Of a DNA stretch of 64,000 nt, positions 45,565 to 54,961 are shown one piece after another. The position numbers and the translations under genes are program-made. The notes below the pieces were generated by a model. The model had not been told where the DNA came from, did no database searches, and worked only from the letters and a program-made list of their open reading frames with translations. The first letter of the stretch is position 1. Every line of letters starts with the position of its first letter. Source of the DNA: an uncultured bacterium (GTDB lineage: Bacteria > Desulfobacterota > Desulfobaccia > Desulfobaccales > 0-14-0-80-60-11); NCBI GenBank assembly GCA_937943575.1, contig CALEAV010000021.1, forward strand, positions 8,120 through 72,119, written 5' to 3'.

Positions 45565-46058
45565 CAGTTCAGCCCTCCTTCCTGCAAAAAGGCCTGGAGC
45601 CGGGCGGGGTCCACCTGGAAGCGCTCCACCTCATCCACCTGGGCGTAATTGAGGCCTGGGTTTTTCTGCCGGAAGCTGGCCTCCACCTCGGGGGTGAAGC
45701 CCTTGCCCGCCAGGGCCACCTCATCCTGGGTGGTCTGGCGCACCGGGCCGCCGCCCAGGAGCGCCGGCAGGCCGCTCACGGAGGGGCCGCCTCCACCCAC
45801 CGCCGCCTTGTGCAGCCAGCCCCGCTTGCCCTGGTAGTCCACCTGCACCCAGTCGCCCTGCCGGGTGATCAGGGTCACCTGGGCCCCCTGCGGCACCGGC
45901 GCCACCGGCGGGCTGGTGAAACTGGGCTCGGAATAAAGCTGCTGGTTGCTTAACGACACGGTGAGGCTCTGGGACCACCCCCCCGGCGGCAGGACCACGA
46001 GGAGCATGATCCCCAGGAGCACGGCTCCCAGCCACCGTCTTGGCAGATATCGCCTCAT
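45564..46058 (-). CDS. Membrane-anchored SH3b-domain protein
   Basis: ORF trimmed to ATG 46058 (AAGGAGGTG SD). TM segment WLGAVLLGIMLLVVL. SH3b-like NQQLYSEPSFTSPPVAPVPQGAQVTLITRQGDWVQVDYQGKRGWLHKAAV. The C-terminal ~70 aa are unassigned. Confidence 0.7.
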   Translation of the reverse strand: MRRYLPRRWLGAVLLGIMLLVVLPPGGWSQSLTVSLSNQQLYSEPSFTSPPVAPVPQGAQVTLITRQGDWVQVDYQGKRGWLHKAAVGGGGPSVSGLPALLGGGPVRQTTQDEVALAGKGFTPEVEASFRQKNPGLNYAQVDEVERFQVDPARLQAFLQEGGLN

Positions 46059-46250
46059 GACCACCTCCTTTTCCTTCCTGGAGGACTGCTGCCTCAAAGT
46101 GCATGGGCGGCCGGCTCCGGAGGTCCGGGTGGCGGCGCCCTCAGCCGCCCGCCCGGCGCCCTCCGCCTGAATGTCTTCCGGGAAGCGGCGCCCTTTGGGG
46201 CCAGCTTGCCAAAAAGGGGGGAGAAAAGCAAGCCTTCCCTGGGGAGAGGC

Positions 46251-48389
46251 TTACTTGCCCTCAGGCCGGAAGATCCCGTCCCATTCCGGCAGCGGCTGGG
46301 CGGCCAGCCGCCGGCAGCGCTCCAGCATGGCCGGGGCCGGATTGCCCTGGGGAACCAGGCTAAGGCAGCGGGAAAAGTGCTCCACGGCCTCAGGAAACCG
46401 CCGCCTTCGGTAGGCGGCCAGCCCCTGAAGGTAGGCCTCCCGGGCGGCCCGGGCCTCAGGGGACAGCTCCCCCGCCGGCGCCAGTACCTGGAAAATCCGG
46501 ACCGGCGTCTCCCGGCCCTTCACCGCCACCTGGTCCACCTCCATGACCTCCAGGGCCCCGTCCAGGGCGGCGGCGGTGTCCCCGCTCACCAGGATGGCGG
46601 TGCCGTAGTATTTGTTGAGGCCCTCCAGGCGGGAGGCCAGGTTCACCGCATCCCCCACCGCGGTGTAGTCAAAGCGGCGGTGCGAGCCCAGATTTCCCAC
46701 CACCGCCTCCCCGGTGTGGATGCCGATGCGCATCCGCAAGGGCGGCAACCCTTTCTGGGCCAGGCCGGCGTTGACCTCCTCAAGGGCCGACAGCTGGCCA
46801 AGCGCCGCCCGGCAGGCCCGCACCGCCTGGTCCGGCTGCTCCAGCGGCGCGCCCCACATGGCCATGATGGCATCCCCCTCAAACTTGTCCACCACCCCCT
46901 CCTCCGCCAGGATGATCTCGGTCATGCGGGAGAGATACTCATTGAGGAGGGCCACCACCTCCTCCGGGGCCAGCTTCTCCGACAGACCGGTGAAGCCGGC
47001 CAGATCGGAGAACAACAGGGTCACCCGCCGCCGTTCGCCGCCCAGCTTCAGGCGTTCCGGGTGTTCCAGCAGGTGGCGGATGACCGCCTCGGAGAGGTAA
47101 TGGGAGAACATGCGGCGGATGGCCAGCTTCTGGCGGCCCTCGGTGACGTAGCTGTAGGAGGCGGCGGCGGCGAAGGCCAGCCCTGCGGCCAGCCCCGGCA
47201 TCACCGGGTCAAGCCAGACGTCGGCCCGAAAAGCCACCACGCTGGCCCCCAGAACCGCCATCGCCACCCCCAGGGCTCCGGCCAGGCTGAGCCACAGCCG
47301 GAGGGAGAGGAGCACTGCCGCGGCTCCGAAAAGCGCCGTCAGGAGGGTCCAGACCCCCAGGAGCGGAGGGGGGAGGGGCCGCAGGAAATCCCCCCGCAGC
47401 AGATTGTCCAGGAGGGTGGCGTGCAGCTCCACCCCGGGATAGACGGCGCTCACCGGGCTGGCCTTGAGGTCCAGAAGTCCCGGGGCCGTGAGGCCCACCA
47501 GGACCCATTTGCCGGCCAGCCTCTCCGGGGGGATGAGCGGCTCCTGGCCCTGCCGCAGGCGCAGCTCCGAGGTGATGATGTCCGCGGCGCTCAGGCGGGG
47601 GAAGGTGCGGGCCGGCCCCCGGAATTTCAGGAGGAGGCGGCCTTTCTCATCCAGGGGCAGCCGCAGGCCCTGGCGCACCAGTTGGCCGGCCTCCCAGCGC
47701 CAGCCCTCCCGGCCCGTCAGGCGGCTGAAGGCGGCAAAGCCCAGGAGGGGCAGCCACCGGTCCTGAAGGCGGCCCGCCACCGGCAGCCGCCGGTAGATAC
47801 CGTCCGGATCGGGGGCGCATTCCACGTTCCCCACCCCGGTGGCGGCCTCCAGCAGGGGCCCCAAAGGGGGGATGACCGCCCGGTAGGCCGGCGCCGGCGG
47901 CCCCGGCCCGGCGAGCGGGAGCGCCCCCTTTAGGAGCACCTCCGGGGTGAGGGGGTGAGGGGGTCTGTCCTCCCGGGTGAGGAAGCAGGCGAGAAAGGCG
48001 GGCATCTCCCCCAGGGCCCGGGCGAATTCCCGGTCATCCCCGGAGCCGTAGACCGACTCCTCGGTGAACAGGATATCAAAGATGACCACCCGGGCCTGGC
48101 CCCGACGGCAGAAGTCCAGGAGGGGGGCATACAGCTGCCGGGGCCAGGGCCAGGAGAGGCCCCGGGCGGCAAAATGCTCAAGATCCGGCTGGTCGATGGT
48201 GATCAGCACCACCTCGGGATGCGGCGGCGCAAGGGGCAGGACCCGGAAAAACTGGTCCAGGGTCTTGAGGCGGTAGGGCTCCAGCACCCCCAGGCGGGCC
48301 AGGGCCAGGACCGACAGGGAGGCGAGCAGTCCCAGCCCCGCCGCCACCAGGGGCTTGTGTGACCTGAGTCTGCGCCGGCCGGCCGCCAT
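46251..48389 (-). CDS. CHASE2-sensor class III adenylate/guanylate cyclase
   Basis: ORF 46251..48779(-) trimmed to ATG 48389 (GGGAG SD). CHASE2 region: EVVLITIDQPDLE...WPWPRQLYAPLLDFC...ARVVIFDILFTE. Three TM segments. Cyclase core VTLLFSDLAGFTGLSE...KFEGDAIMAMWGAP...RIGIHTGEAVVGNLGS...DYTAVGDAVNLASRLEG. Confidence 0.88.
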   Translation of the reverse strand: MAAGRRRLRSHKPLVAAGLGLLASLSVLALARLGVLEPYRLKTLDQFFRVLPLAPPHPEVVLITIDQPDLEHFAARGLSWPWPRQLYAPLLDFCRRGQARVVIFDILFTEESVYGSGDDREFARALGEMPAFLACFLTREDRPPHPLTPEVLLKGALPLAGPGPPAPAYRAVIPPLGPLLEAATGVGNVECAPDPDGIYRRLPVAGRLQDRWLPLLGFAAFSRLTGREGWRWEAGQLVRQGLRLPLDEKGRLLLKFRGPARTFPRLSAADIITSELRLRQGQEPLIPPERLAGKWVLVGLTAPGLLDLKASPVSAVYPGVELHATLLDNLLRGDFLRPLPPPLLGVWTLLTALFGAAAVLLSLRLWLSLAGALGVAMAVLGASVVAFRADVWLDPVMPGLAAGLAFAAAASYSYVTEGRQKLAIRRMFSHYLSEAVIRHLLEHPERLKLGGERRRVTLLFSDLAGFTGLSEKLAPEEVVALLNEYLSRMTEIILAEEGVVDKFEGDAIMAMWGAPLEQPDQAVRACRAALGQLSALEEVNAGLAQKGLPPLRMRIGIHTGEAVVGNLGSHRRFDYTAVGDAVNLASRLEGLNKYYGTAILVSGDTAAALDGALEVMEVDQVAVKGRETPVRIFQVLAPAGELSPEARAAREAYLQGLAAYRRRRFPEAVEHFSRCLSLVPQGNPAPAMLERCRRLAAQPLPEWDGIFRPEGK

Positions 48390-48628
48390 CCGGACTCCCG
48401 GGGGAAGGACTTGGGGCGCAAAAGGCCGGGCTCCCCCCTGCTTCAGGCTCCCTCCCTGGATGGTGGGGTGGAGAGGGCGGGGAAAAAAGAGGTCAGCCCC
48501 CTTTCCCCCAGACATTATACCAGCCTGCGGTCCGGCCGGGGCGAAAAGAAAAACGCCCCGGCAGACCGGGGCGGGATGCGGGGTTTGGCGGGCGGGCGGC
48601 CTCCCGGCCCGCCCCGCGGGGAAAGGGG

Positions 48629-48787
48629 TTAATCCATCTCCTGCATCTTCTTGTTGCAGCACTCCGGCACCGGGGCGTCGGCGGGCACGGATTTGAAGGT
48701 GTTGCACTGGATGCAGACGTAGGTCTTGTTTTCCTGCTGCGCCTCGGGCTTGTGGGTGCTGCCACAGCCGCACGAACAACTGCTCAT
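48629..48787 (-). CDS. Cys-rich 52-aa protein (CxCxC plus CxxC...CC knuckles)
   Basis: In-frame tail of ORF 48629..49045(-). ATG 48787 is preceded by CAGGAGGACCTAC. Product: MSSCSCGCGSTHKPEAQQENKTYVCIQCNTFKSVPADAPVPECCNKKMQEMD. No family recognised. Confidence 0.6.
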   Translation of the reverse strand: MSSCSCGCGSTHKPEAQQENKTYVCIQCNTFKSVPADAPVPECCNKKMQEMD

Positions 48788-48827
48788 GTAGGTCCTCCTG
48801 ATTCGTTGAATTTGGCTCGGCAAACTG

Positions 48828-49187
48828 TTATTCCGCCCCGGGGGGGAGGGGCCGCTCGTACTGCTCCTCCACGGTCCAGCCCTTCGCCACCATGGCGGCC
48901 AGGGGCGGCGGGTCATAACCGGCGTAGTAATCCCGGTTGCCGTGGGTGTCCACCATGTGCACCTCCACCACGGTGTCATCCTTGCGCACCCGGTAGCCCC
49001 AGGCGTAGTTGTCGGTGGAGGAGGGGCAGGTGGCCTTGCCTTCAAACACCAGGGTGTTCTTGTCCGCCTTGACCTTGGAGAAGGTGAAGCAGCAGTCCTG
49101 GCCGCCCCCGCCGCAGCCGCATTTGCCCCGGCGGAAGGGGAAGCCGTCCACCTCGTAGCCGCCGGGGATTTTGTTGATCACCGCCAT
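48828..49187 (-). CDS. Hypothetical 119-aa protein with CGCG..CC cysteine cluster
   Basis: ATG 49187 preceded by AGAGGAG. Product MAVINKIPGGYEVDGFPFRRGKCGCGGGGQDCCFTFSKVKADKNTLVFEGKATCPSSTDNYAWGYRVRKDDTVVEVHMVDTHGNRDYYAGY... has balanced, non-repetitive composition. No family recognised. Confidence 0.65.
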   Translation of the reverse strand: MAVINKIPGGYEVDGFPFRRGKCGCGGGGQDCCFTFSKVKADKNTLVFEGKATCPSSTDNYAWGYRVRKDDTVVEVHMVDTHGNRDYYAGYDPPPLAAMVAKGWTVEEQYERPLPPGAE

Positions 49188-49518
49188 TGATGCGCTCCTC
49201 TTTAAAAGTTCTTTTCCAATATTAATTATTCAAATGGCTGCGGCAACCCCCCGGCCGTTTTTTTCCGTCAGCGCCGAACAACCGGCCCAGCGGGGTTTAT
49301 CCCCTAAAGAGCTCCGGGGGAGAAAAAGGTGCAAATTCATTTGACGGGGCACCGAGTCCGAATTATTTTTATGTGATAAATTATTGACAGGGGGAGGTCG
49401 GAGCCCGGCTTCCCCTGGACTCCCGGGAGGTGCCGGCGGCAGACCGGCACTGCTCTTCGGCGCGCCTGCCACCAGGGGGTGAGCCCATGGAGAGACCACC
49501 TCGGGATGGGACCAAACG

Positions 49519-52278
49519 GTGGCCAAACTTCCCTCACCCGTACCTGACGGCCTCTGGACGGCGCTCATCAAGCGCCTGGCCTGGCCCATCATCATCGTCA
49601 GCCTGATCCTCACCGGGCTGTCGGTGTACTATTCTTTGACCCGCCTGCATTTCTCCCTCAGCCGCACCGAGCTGGTGGCCAGCGATCTGCACCTCATCCG
49701 CCTTACCCAGGAGCTGGAGCGGGAATTCGGGGAGCGGGACCAGTTCGTGGTGGTGGTGGAAAACCGGGACAAAGCCCGCGCCATCGCCTTCGCCGAGGCC
49801 CTGGCGGCGCGCCTGCGCCTGCACCGGGACCGCTTCCCGGAGATCTTTTACCGGGTGGACCCCGAGCCCTTCCGGAAATGGGCCCTGCAATATCTGAAAA
49901 TCAAGGACCTGGAGGATCTCAAGGCCAAGCTCGGCGAGCACCGGCACGTTTTGGAGGCCATCGCCGCCGAGCCCACCCTCACCCGGTTTTTCCAGGCGGT
50001 GAACCAGGAGATCACCCGGGCCATGATCAGCGAGGTCTTCACCTCCTTCCTGGAGGACAAGGAGGAGGAGCCCATCCCGGATCTGACCCTGTTCAACGCC
50101 GCCCTGCGGGAGCTGGAGCGCAGCCTCACCGGCCAGGGGGGGTACCGCTCCCCCCTGAAGACCCTGCTGCCCGGGGACCTGGGCGACCTCAGCCAGGAAG
50201 GCTACTTCTTCACCGATAACGACAAGTATCTCCTCTTTCTGGTCACCACCCGGCAGGACGGCTTCACCGACACCTATGAGGACCTGGCATTCCTCCGGGC
50301 TCAGGTGGCGGCGGTCAAGGCCCAGTTCCCCGACACCGTGGTGGGGGTCACCGGCCCGGCGGCCCTCTCCGCCGATGAAATGGCGGGGGCCTTCGCGGAC
50401 ATCAACCTGGCCTCCTGGTTGTCCTTCTTCCTCCAGGTGGCCGTCATGGTGCTCTTTTTCCGCAGCCTGAAAAGGCCCCTGGTGCAGGGCATCGTCCTGG
50501 CCGTGGGCATCGCCTGGACCATGGGGGTGGCCACCCTGGTGGTGGGCCGCCTCAACATCCTGTCCATCGTCTTTGCGCCCCTGATGCTGGGCATCTGCGT
50601 GGATTTCGGCATCCACTGGTACTCCCGCCTGGAGGAGGAGCAGGGGAGCCTGCCTTACTGCCATGACCTGATCTTCGAGCGCACCGTCAAGGGCGCCAAC
50701 CCGGGAAATTTTTACGCCGCCCTGGCGGCCCTGTTCTCCATCCTGCCCCTGGCCTTCACCGGTTTTCAGGGGCTGGCGGAGCTGGGCATCATCGTCGCCC
50801 TGGGCATCGTGGTCTATCTGGCGGCCATCTTTGTGCTCCTCCCGGCCCTGGCCTACGTCACGGAAGGCTGCCGGCGCCATCAGGACCGCACCGAGCCGCC
50901 TCCCGCCACCGCCCCGGAGCCCTTCTTCTCCCTGAACTGGGCCAAGCCCGAGGTGGTGGTGGCCCTGGGACTCATCGTCACCGTTCTGGGAAGCATCAGC
51001 CTGTGGTATGTGCCCTTTGACCTCAACCCCCTGCGCCTCCAGAATCAGCGCACCGAATCGGTGGTCTGGGAGCTGAAGATCCTGGAGGAGTCCCGCTACT
51101 CCAGCTCCTATGGCACCATGGTGTCCACCAGCCTGGCGGAACTGCCCCGGAAGGTGGAGGAGCTGAAGACCAAGCCCACGGTCTCCCACGTGGAGTCCAT
51201 CCTCTCATTTTTGCCGGAGAAGCCGGAGAAGAAACTCCCCCTCATCCAGGAGCTGGCCCCCATCCTCACGCAGGTGCGCTTTGCGCCGGAGGCGGTGAGC
51301 GACCGGCCGGTGGACCTGGCGGAACTGGGCGCCGTGCTGGGCCGTATCCGCTTCAAGCTCAGCCAGGCGACGGAGAGCGACTGGAAGCCCGAGGCCAAGC
51401 CCGCCCAGGAGCAGCTGGATGAGGCCAACCTGCTCCTGGCGAGGCTCGTCCCCCTCCTCCAGGCCGGCGGTCCGGATCTGGCCGCCCGCGCCCGGGATTT
51501 CCAGCGCCATCTGTTTGCCGACTTTCGGGACAAGTGGGACCTCCTGGTGAGCAACCTGGGCTCCGGCACCCCCGCCATTGCCGATCTGCCCCAGACGGTG
51601 CGGCAGCGCTTCGTCAGCCCCCAGAACCACTACCTCATCCGCATCTTCCCCTCCATCGACATCTGGGACCCCGAGCCTCTGGGCCGCTTCGTGGCCGACC
51701 TGCAGAGCGTGGACCCCAACGTGGTGGGCGACCCGGTGCTGCTTTACGTCTTCAATTTCGCCTTCAAGAACGCCTGCCTGTGGGCCGCCGGGGTGGCGCT
51801 GCTGGCCATCTTTCTGCTCCTCTGGTTTCTCCTCCGGAGTCTCAGCTTCGCCCTGCTGGCCCTCATCCCGCTGATGGTGGGGACGGCCCTCACCCTGTGC
51901 CTCATGTGGCTCCTGGGGCTGACCTTCAACCAGGCCAATGTGCTCTTTTTGCCCCTGATCCTGGGGGAGGGCATTGAGTACGGGATCATCATCCTGGTGC
52001 GCTGGAAGCTGGAGGCCTCGGCCCGGGCCATCACCCTGCCCCACAGCACCGCCAAGGGCGTGGCCCTGGCCTCCCTCACCACCGCCCTGGGGTTCGGCAG
52101 CATGATGATCTCCGGGCACCAGGGCACCTTCAGTCTGGGGCTCTTGTCCACCGTGGGCAGCCTCAGCGTCCTGGTGGCAGCCCTCACGGTCCTGCCGGCC
52201 TTCCTAAGGGTTCTGGAGCGGGTGCTGGTGCCCGCCCCGGTGCCCTGCCCCCGGGCCCTGGCCCCCACGGATGATTAA
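49519..52278 (+). CDS. MMPL/RND-superfamily lipid exporter (HpnN-like)
   Basis: 919 aa with a GTG start. Two 6-TM bundles (e.g. LSIVFAPLMLGICVDFGIHW and NVLFLPLILGEGIEYGIIIL), each preceded by a large soluble loop. This is the MMPL/HpnN architecture. Confidence 0.85.
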   Translation: MAKLPSPVPDGLWTALIKRLAWPIIIVSLILTGLSVYYSLTRLHFSLSRTELVASDLHLIRLTQELEREFGERDQFVVVVENRDKARAIAFAEALAARLRLHRDRFPEIFYRVDPEPFRKWALQYLKIKDLEDLKAKLGEHRHVLEAIAAEPTLTRFFQAVNQEITRAMISEVFTSFLEDKEEEPIPDLTLFNAALRELERSLTGQGGYRSPLKTLLPGDLGDLSQEGYFFTDNDKYLLFLVTTRQDGFTDTYEDLAFLRAQVAAVKAQFPDTVVGVTGPAALSADEMAGAFADINLASWLSFFLQVAVMVLFFRSLKRPLVQGIVLAVGIAWTMGVATLVVGRLNILSIVFAPLMLGICVDFGIHWYSRLEEEQGSLPYCHDLIFERTVKGANPGNFYAALAALFSILPLAFTGFQGLAELGIIVALGIVVYLAAIFVLLPALAYVTEGCRRHQDRTEPPPATAPEPFFSLNWAKPEVVVALGLIVTVLGSISLWYVPFDLNPLRLQNQRTESVVWELKILEESRYSSSYGTMVSTSLAELPRKVEELKTKPTVSHVESILSFLPEKPEKKLPLIQELAPILTQVRFAPEAVSDRPVDLAELGAVLGRIRFKLSQATESDWKPEAKPAQEQLDEANLLLARLVPLLQAGGPDLAARARDFQRHLFADFRDKWDLLVSNLGSGTPAIADLPQTVRQRFVSPQNHYLIRIFPSIDIWDPEPLGRFVADLQSVDPNVVGDPVLLYVFNFAFKNACLWAAGVALLAIFLLLWFLLRSLSFALLALIPLMVGTALTLCLMWLLGLTFNQANVLFLPLILGEGIEYGIIILVRWKLEASARAITLPHSTAKGVALASLTTALGFGSMMISGHQGTFSLGLLSTVGSLSVLVAALTVLPAFLRVLERVLVPAPVPCPRALAPTDD

Positions 52279-52293
52279 CTCAAGGAGAATGCC

Positions 52294-52884
52294 ATGAAAT
52301 TGCCGCTTCGGGGGACATTCCCCCTCATTGCCCTGCTGATCCTGACTCTGGCCCTGCCGGCCTTGGCCGGCCCGCCCACCGACTATGTCCGGGGGATCCT
52401 GGAGGAGGTCATCCGCATCCAGAATGACCCGGCCCTGGAAAAGACCCGGGCTGAGGCCATCCGCGGCATCATCCAGAGGAACTTTGACTTCCCCCGCATG
52501 GCCCAGGACTCCCTGGGGGCCACCTACGGCCGGCTGAGCCCCGGCCAGCGCCAGGAGTTTGAGCGCCTCTTCGCCGCCCTGTTCCAGGACTCCTACACCC
52601 GGCTGGTGCTCAATTTCCTCAAGCGGGAGACCGTCACCTACCACCGGGAGACCCTGGAGGGCCCCCGGGCCAAGGTCTACACCACCCTGGTGCGCACCAA
52701 CGAGACCATCCCGGTGGACTACCTCATGCACACCCGCAGCAGCTCGTACGTCCTCTATGACGTCATCGTGGACGGGGTGAGCATCCTGGACAACTACAAA
52801 CGCCAGTTCGCCCAGGTGATCAGCACCAGATCCTTCGATTTCCTCCTGGAGCGCATGCGCATTCAATACCGGGCCATCCAGTGA
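52294..52884 (+). CDS. MlaC/Ttg2D-family periplasmic lipid-binding protein (HpnM-like)
   Basis: 196 aa with AAGGAG SD. Signal peptide LIALLILTLALPALAG. Contains IIQRNFDFPRMAQDSLG..Y..LSPGQRQEFERLFAALF..SY...V.YLMH....YVLYDVIVDGVSILDNYKRQF, typical of the MlaC family. Confidence 0.85.
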   Translation: MKLPLRGTFPLIALLILTLALPALAGPPTDYVRGILEEVIRIQNDPALEKTRAEAIRGIIQRNFDFPRMAQDSLGATYGRLSPGQRQEFERLFAALFQDSYTRLVLNFLKRETVTYHRETLEGPRAKVYTTLVRTNETIPVDYLMHTRSSSYVLYDVIVDGVSILDNYKRQFAQVISTRSFDFLLERMRIQYRAIQ

Positions 52885-53077
52885 GGCTCTGGGCCCGGGG
52901 CGGCCCCTGTGAGCCCCTCCAAGACCGCCCGGTGCCCGGGAAACCTCCTGCCGGCGCCGGGCCGGCTTTCTCCACCACCTTGCCAGACTCTGGAATCGTG
53001 ATTACCTGCTAAGACAGGCAAGAGAGCCTCAGACCCCTTGGGCCTGAAGCCGGGAAACACTGCCAGGGAGGCAAGCG

Positions 53078-53365
53078 ATGCTCGTCATTTGCAGCGATTC
53101 GGACCGGCGGGAGCTGATGGAGGTCCTCACCGCGGAGGGGGTGACCCACGAGGTCTCCACCCGGGCCAGCACCCGGGAACTGGGCACCGGCAGCTATGAG
53201 CTCTACACCATCCGGGCCAACCTGCCGGAGGTCAAGGTGCCCCCGGAGTACTCCCAGGGGGAGGCCTTCAATCTCCGGGCCTGGCGGCTGCCCTCCGGAC
53301 GCCTCATCATCACGGATATGGAGGGCAACCTGGAGCAGATCACCATCCCGCCGCCGGGGAAATAA
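53078..53365 (+). CDS. Hypothetical 95-aa protein
   Basis: ATG preceded by AGGGAGG. Product MLVICSDSDRRELMEVLTAEGVTHEVSTRASTRELGTGSYELYTIRANLPEVKVPPEYSQGEAFNLRAWRLPSGRLIITDMEGN... has non-repetitive composition. No family recognised. Confidence 0.55.
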   Translation: MLVICSDSDRRELMEVLTAEGVTHEVSTRASTRELGTGSYELYTIRANLPEVKVPPEYSQGEAFNLRAWRLPSGRLIITDMEGNLEQITIPPPGK

Positions 53366-53508
53366 TCCCGGACCTCCTTGGGGGAAGGGGCCGGAGCGAC
53401 GGCCCCCTGTCCTCCTCCCCCACCCCGGAGGGGCGGGCAAAGTAATGGGGAGAGCCGGCGGGGCCGCCCCTTGATCCCCCCTGCCATCCCCCTTTTCCGC
53501 TTCCGGGC

Positions 53509-54246
53509 TCAGGTCAGCGGCTCCCCCGCCAGGATTTTCCGGGGATTGTCGAGGACCAGGGCCTGGGCCTTTGCCTCGCCCAGCCAGCGCCTGAGCCTGG
53601 CCGCCGCCTGGGAGAGCTCCGGCGGCCGCCGGCGGCTGTCGTGGGCGTCGCTGGCCACCACCCGGACCAGCCCCGCCTGGAGCAGTTTTCTGGTGAACCG
53701 AGACACCCGCCAGCCAAAGTCGCCGGTGATGCTCCCGGCGGTCACCTGGGCGAGACACCCCAGGTGGAGCAGCCTGATCAGGCGCTCCGGCTTTTCCCGG
53801 AACAGGGGATGACGCTCCGGGTGGGCGAGGATGGGGGTGAGCCCCCGGGAGAGGAGCTGAAAGCAGACCTCCTCGGTGGCCGGCGGGATGGCGGTATCCG
53901 GCATCTCCAGGAAGAGGTAGCGGCCGTGGCCATTCACCGTCAAAAGCCGCCCGTCCTTAAGGAGTTCCAGCATCTCCGGGCACAAAGGGGCTTCACAGCC
54001 CACCGCCACCTCCAGCGCGATCCCGGCTTCCTTGAGCCGGCTGCGCAGCTCCGCCGCTGCGGCCAGAATCCGGTCAGCCGGGTTGAGGCGGCTCATTTCC
54101 ACCAGCCGCCGGGCAAAGAGGTGGGGGGTGGCGGTCACTGTGGTGATGCCGTCCGCCGCCGCCAGCCGGGCCATCTCCAGGGCGCCCTCCCAGCCGGCGG
54201 GGCCGTCGTCCAGCCCGGGGAGGATGTGCACATGCAGGTCAATCAT
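53509..54246 (-). CDS. PHP-domain protein-tyrosine phosphatase (CpsB/YwqE-like)
   Basis: ORF 53509..54726(-) trimmed to ATG 54246. Contains MIDLHVHILPGLDDGP...TATPH...LEMP...ILAHPER...VASDAHD, the CpsB metal-binding motif order. Confidence 0.85.
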   Translation of the reverse strand: MIDLHVHILPGLDDGPAGWEGALEMARLAAADGITTVTATPHLFARRLVEMSRLNPADRILAAAAELRSRLKEAGIALEVAVGCEAPLCPEMLELLKDGRLLTVNGHGRYLFLEMPDTAIPPATEEVCFQLLSRGLTPILAHPERHPLFREKPERLIRLLHLGCLAQVTAGSITGDFGWRVSRFTRKLLQAGLVRVVASDAHDSRRRPPELSQAAARLRRWLGEAKAQALVLDNPRKILAGEPLT

Positions 54247-54331
54247 GGCCAAAGGGGTTGAGGGGAGGGCGGTGGGGCAAAGCAGGAGCCCCTGCCCCCC
54301 GGCCCCTTCTCCCGCTGCCCATCCACCGGCC

Positions 54332-54961
54332 TCACCCCGGGGGGCCGCCCCCCACCTTGACGGCGAAGGCCAGCCCGTCCCGCTCCGGGGAGTGGTGGGG
54401 CAAAAGGCAGAGCAGGGGCACGCTCCGCCACAGGGGCGAGAGAAAGAGCTCCCGGTTGAAATCCGCCGCCGCCGCAAACCCCACGTTGTCGGCCACCAGC
54501 AGCCCACCGGGCCGGAGCAGGCGATGGCAATGGGGCAGGGCCGGCAGATACCCCTCCTTGTCAATGTCCAGAAAAATGAAGTCAAAGGGGCCGGTGAGCT
54601 CGGCCAGCACCGCCATGGCCTCGCCGCGGCGCACCTCCACCCGGTCGGCCACCCCGGCCCGGGCCAGGTTGGCTTCCGCCCGGGCGGCCATGACGGGGTC
54701 CCGCTCCAGGGTGAGGAGACGGCCATCGGGGGGTGTCAGGGCCCGGGCCAGATAAATGGCGGAGTAGCCGGTGGCGGTCCCCAGCTCCAGAACCCGCCGG
54801 GCGCCGGTGGCCACGACCAACAGGGCCAAAAGCTCCGCCACCACCGGCCCCACGATGGGAATCCGTTCAAAGACGGCCTCCTCTTCCAGCCGCCGGAGAA
54901 ATTCGTCCCGCGGGGGTACGAAACGGCGGAAATAGCCTTCCAGATCCGGGAGCATGCTCAT
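54332..54961 (-). CDS. Class I SAM-dependent O-methyltransferase (caffeoyl-CoA OMT / YrrM-like)
   Basis: 209 aa. Contains ARRVLELGTATGYSAIYLA (motif I), LERDP..A..A..N, FDFIFLDIDKEGY and LLRPGGLLVADNV. Confidence 0.85.
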   Translation of the reverse strand: MSMLPDLEGYFRRFVPPRDEFLRRLEEEAVFERIPIVGPVVAELLALLVVATGARRVLELGTATGYSAIYLARALTPPDGRLLTLERDPVMAARAEANLARAGVADRVEVRRGEAMAVLAELTGPFDFIFLDIDKEGYLPALPHCHRLLRPGGLLVADNVGFAAAADFNRELFLSPLWRSVPLLCLLPHHSPERDGLAFAVKVGGGPPG

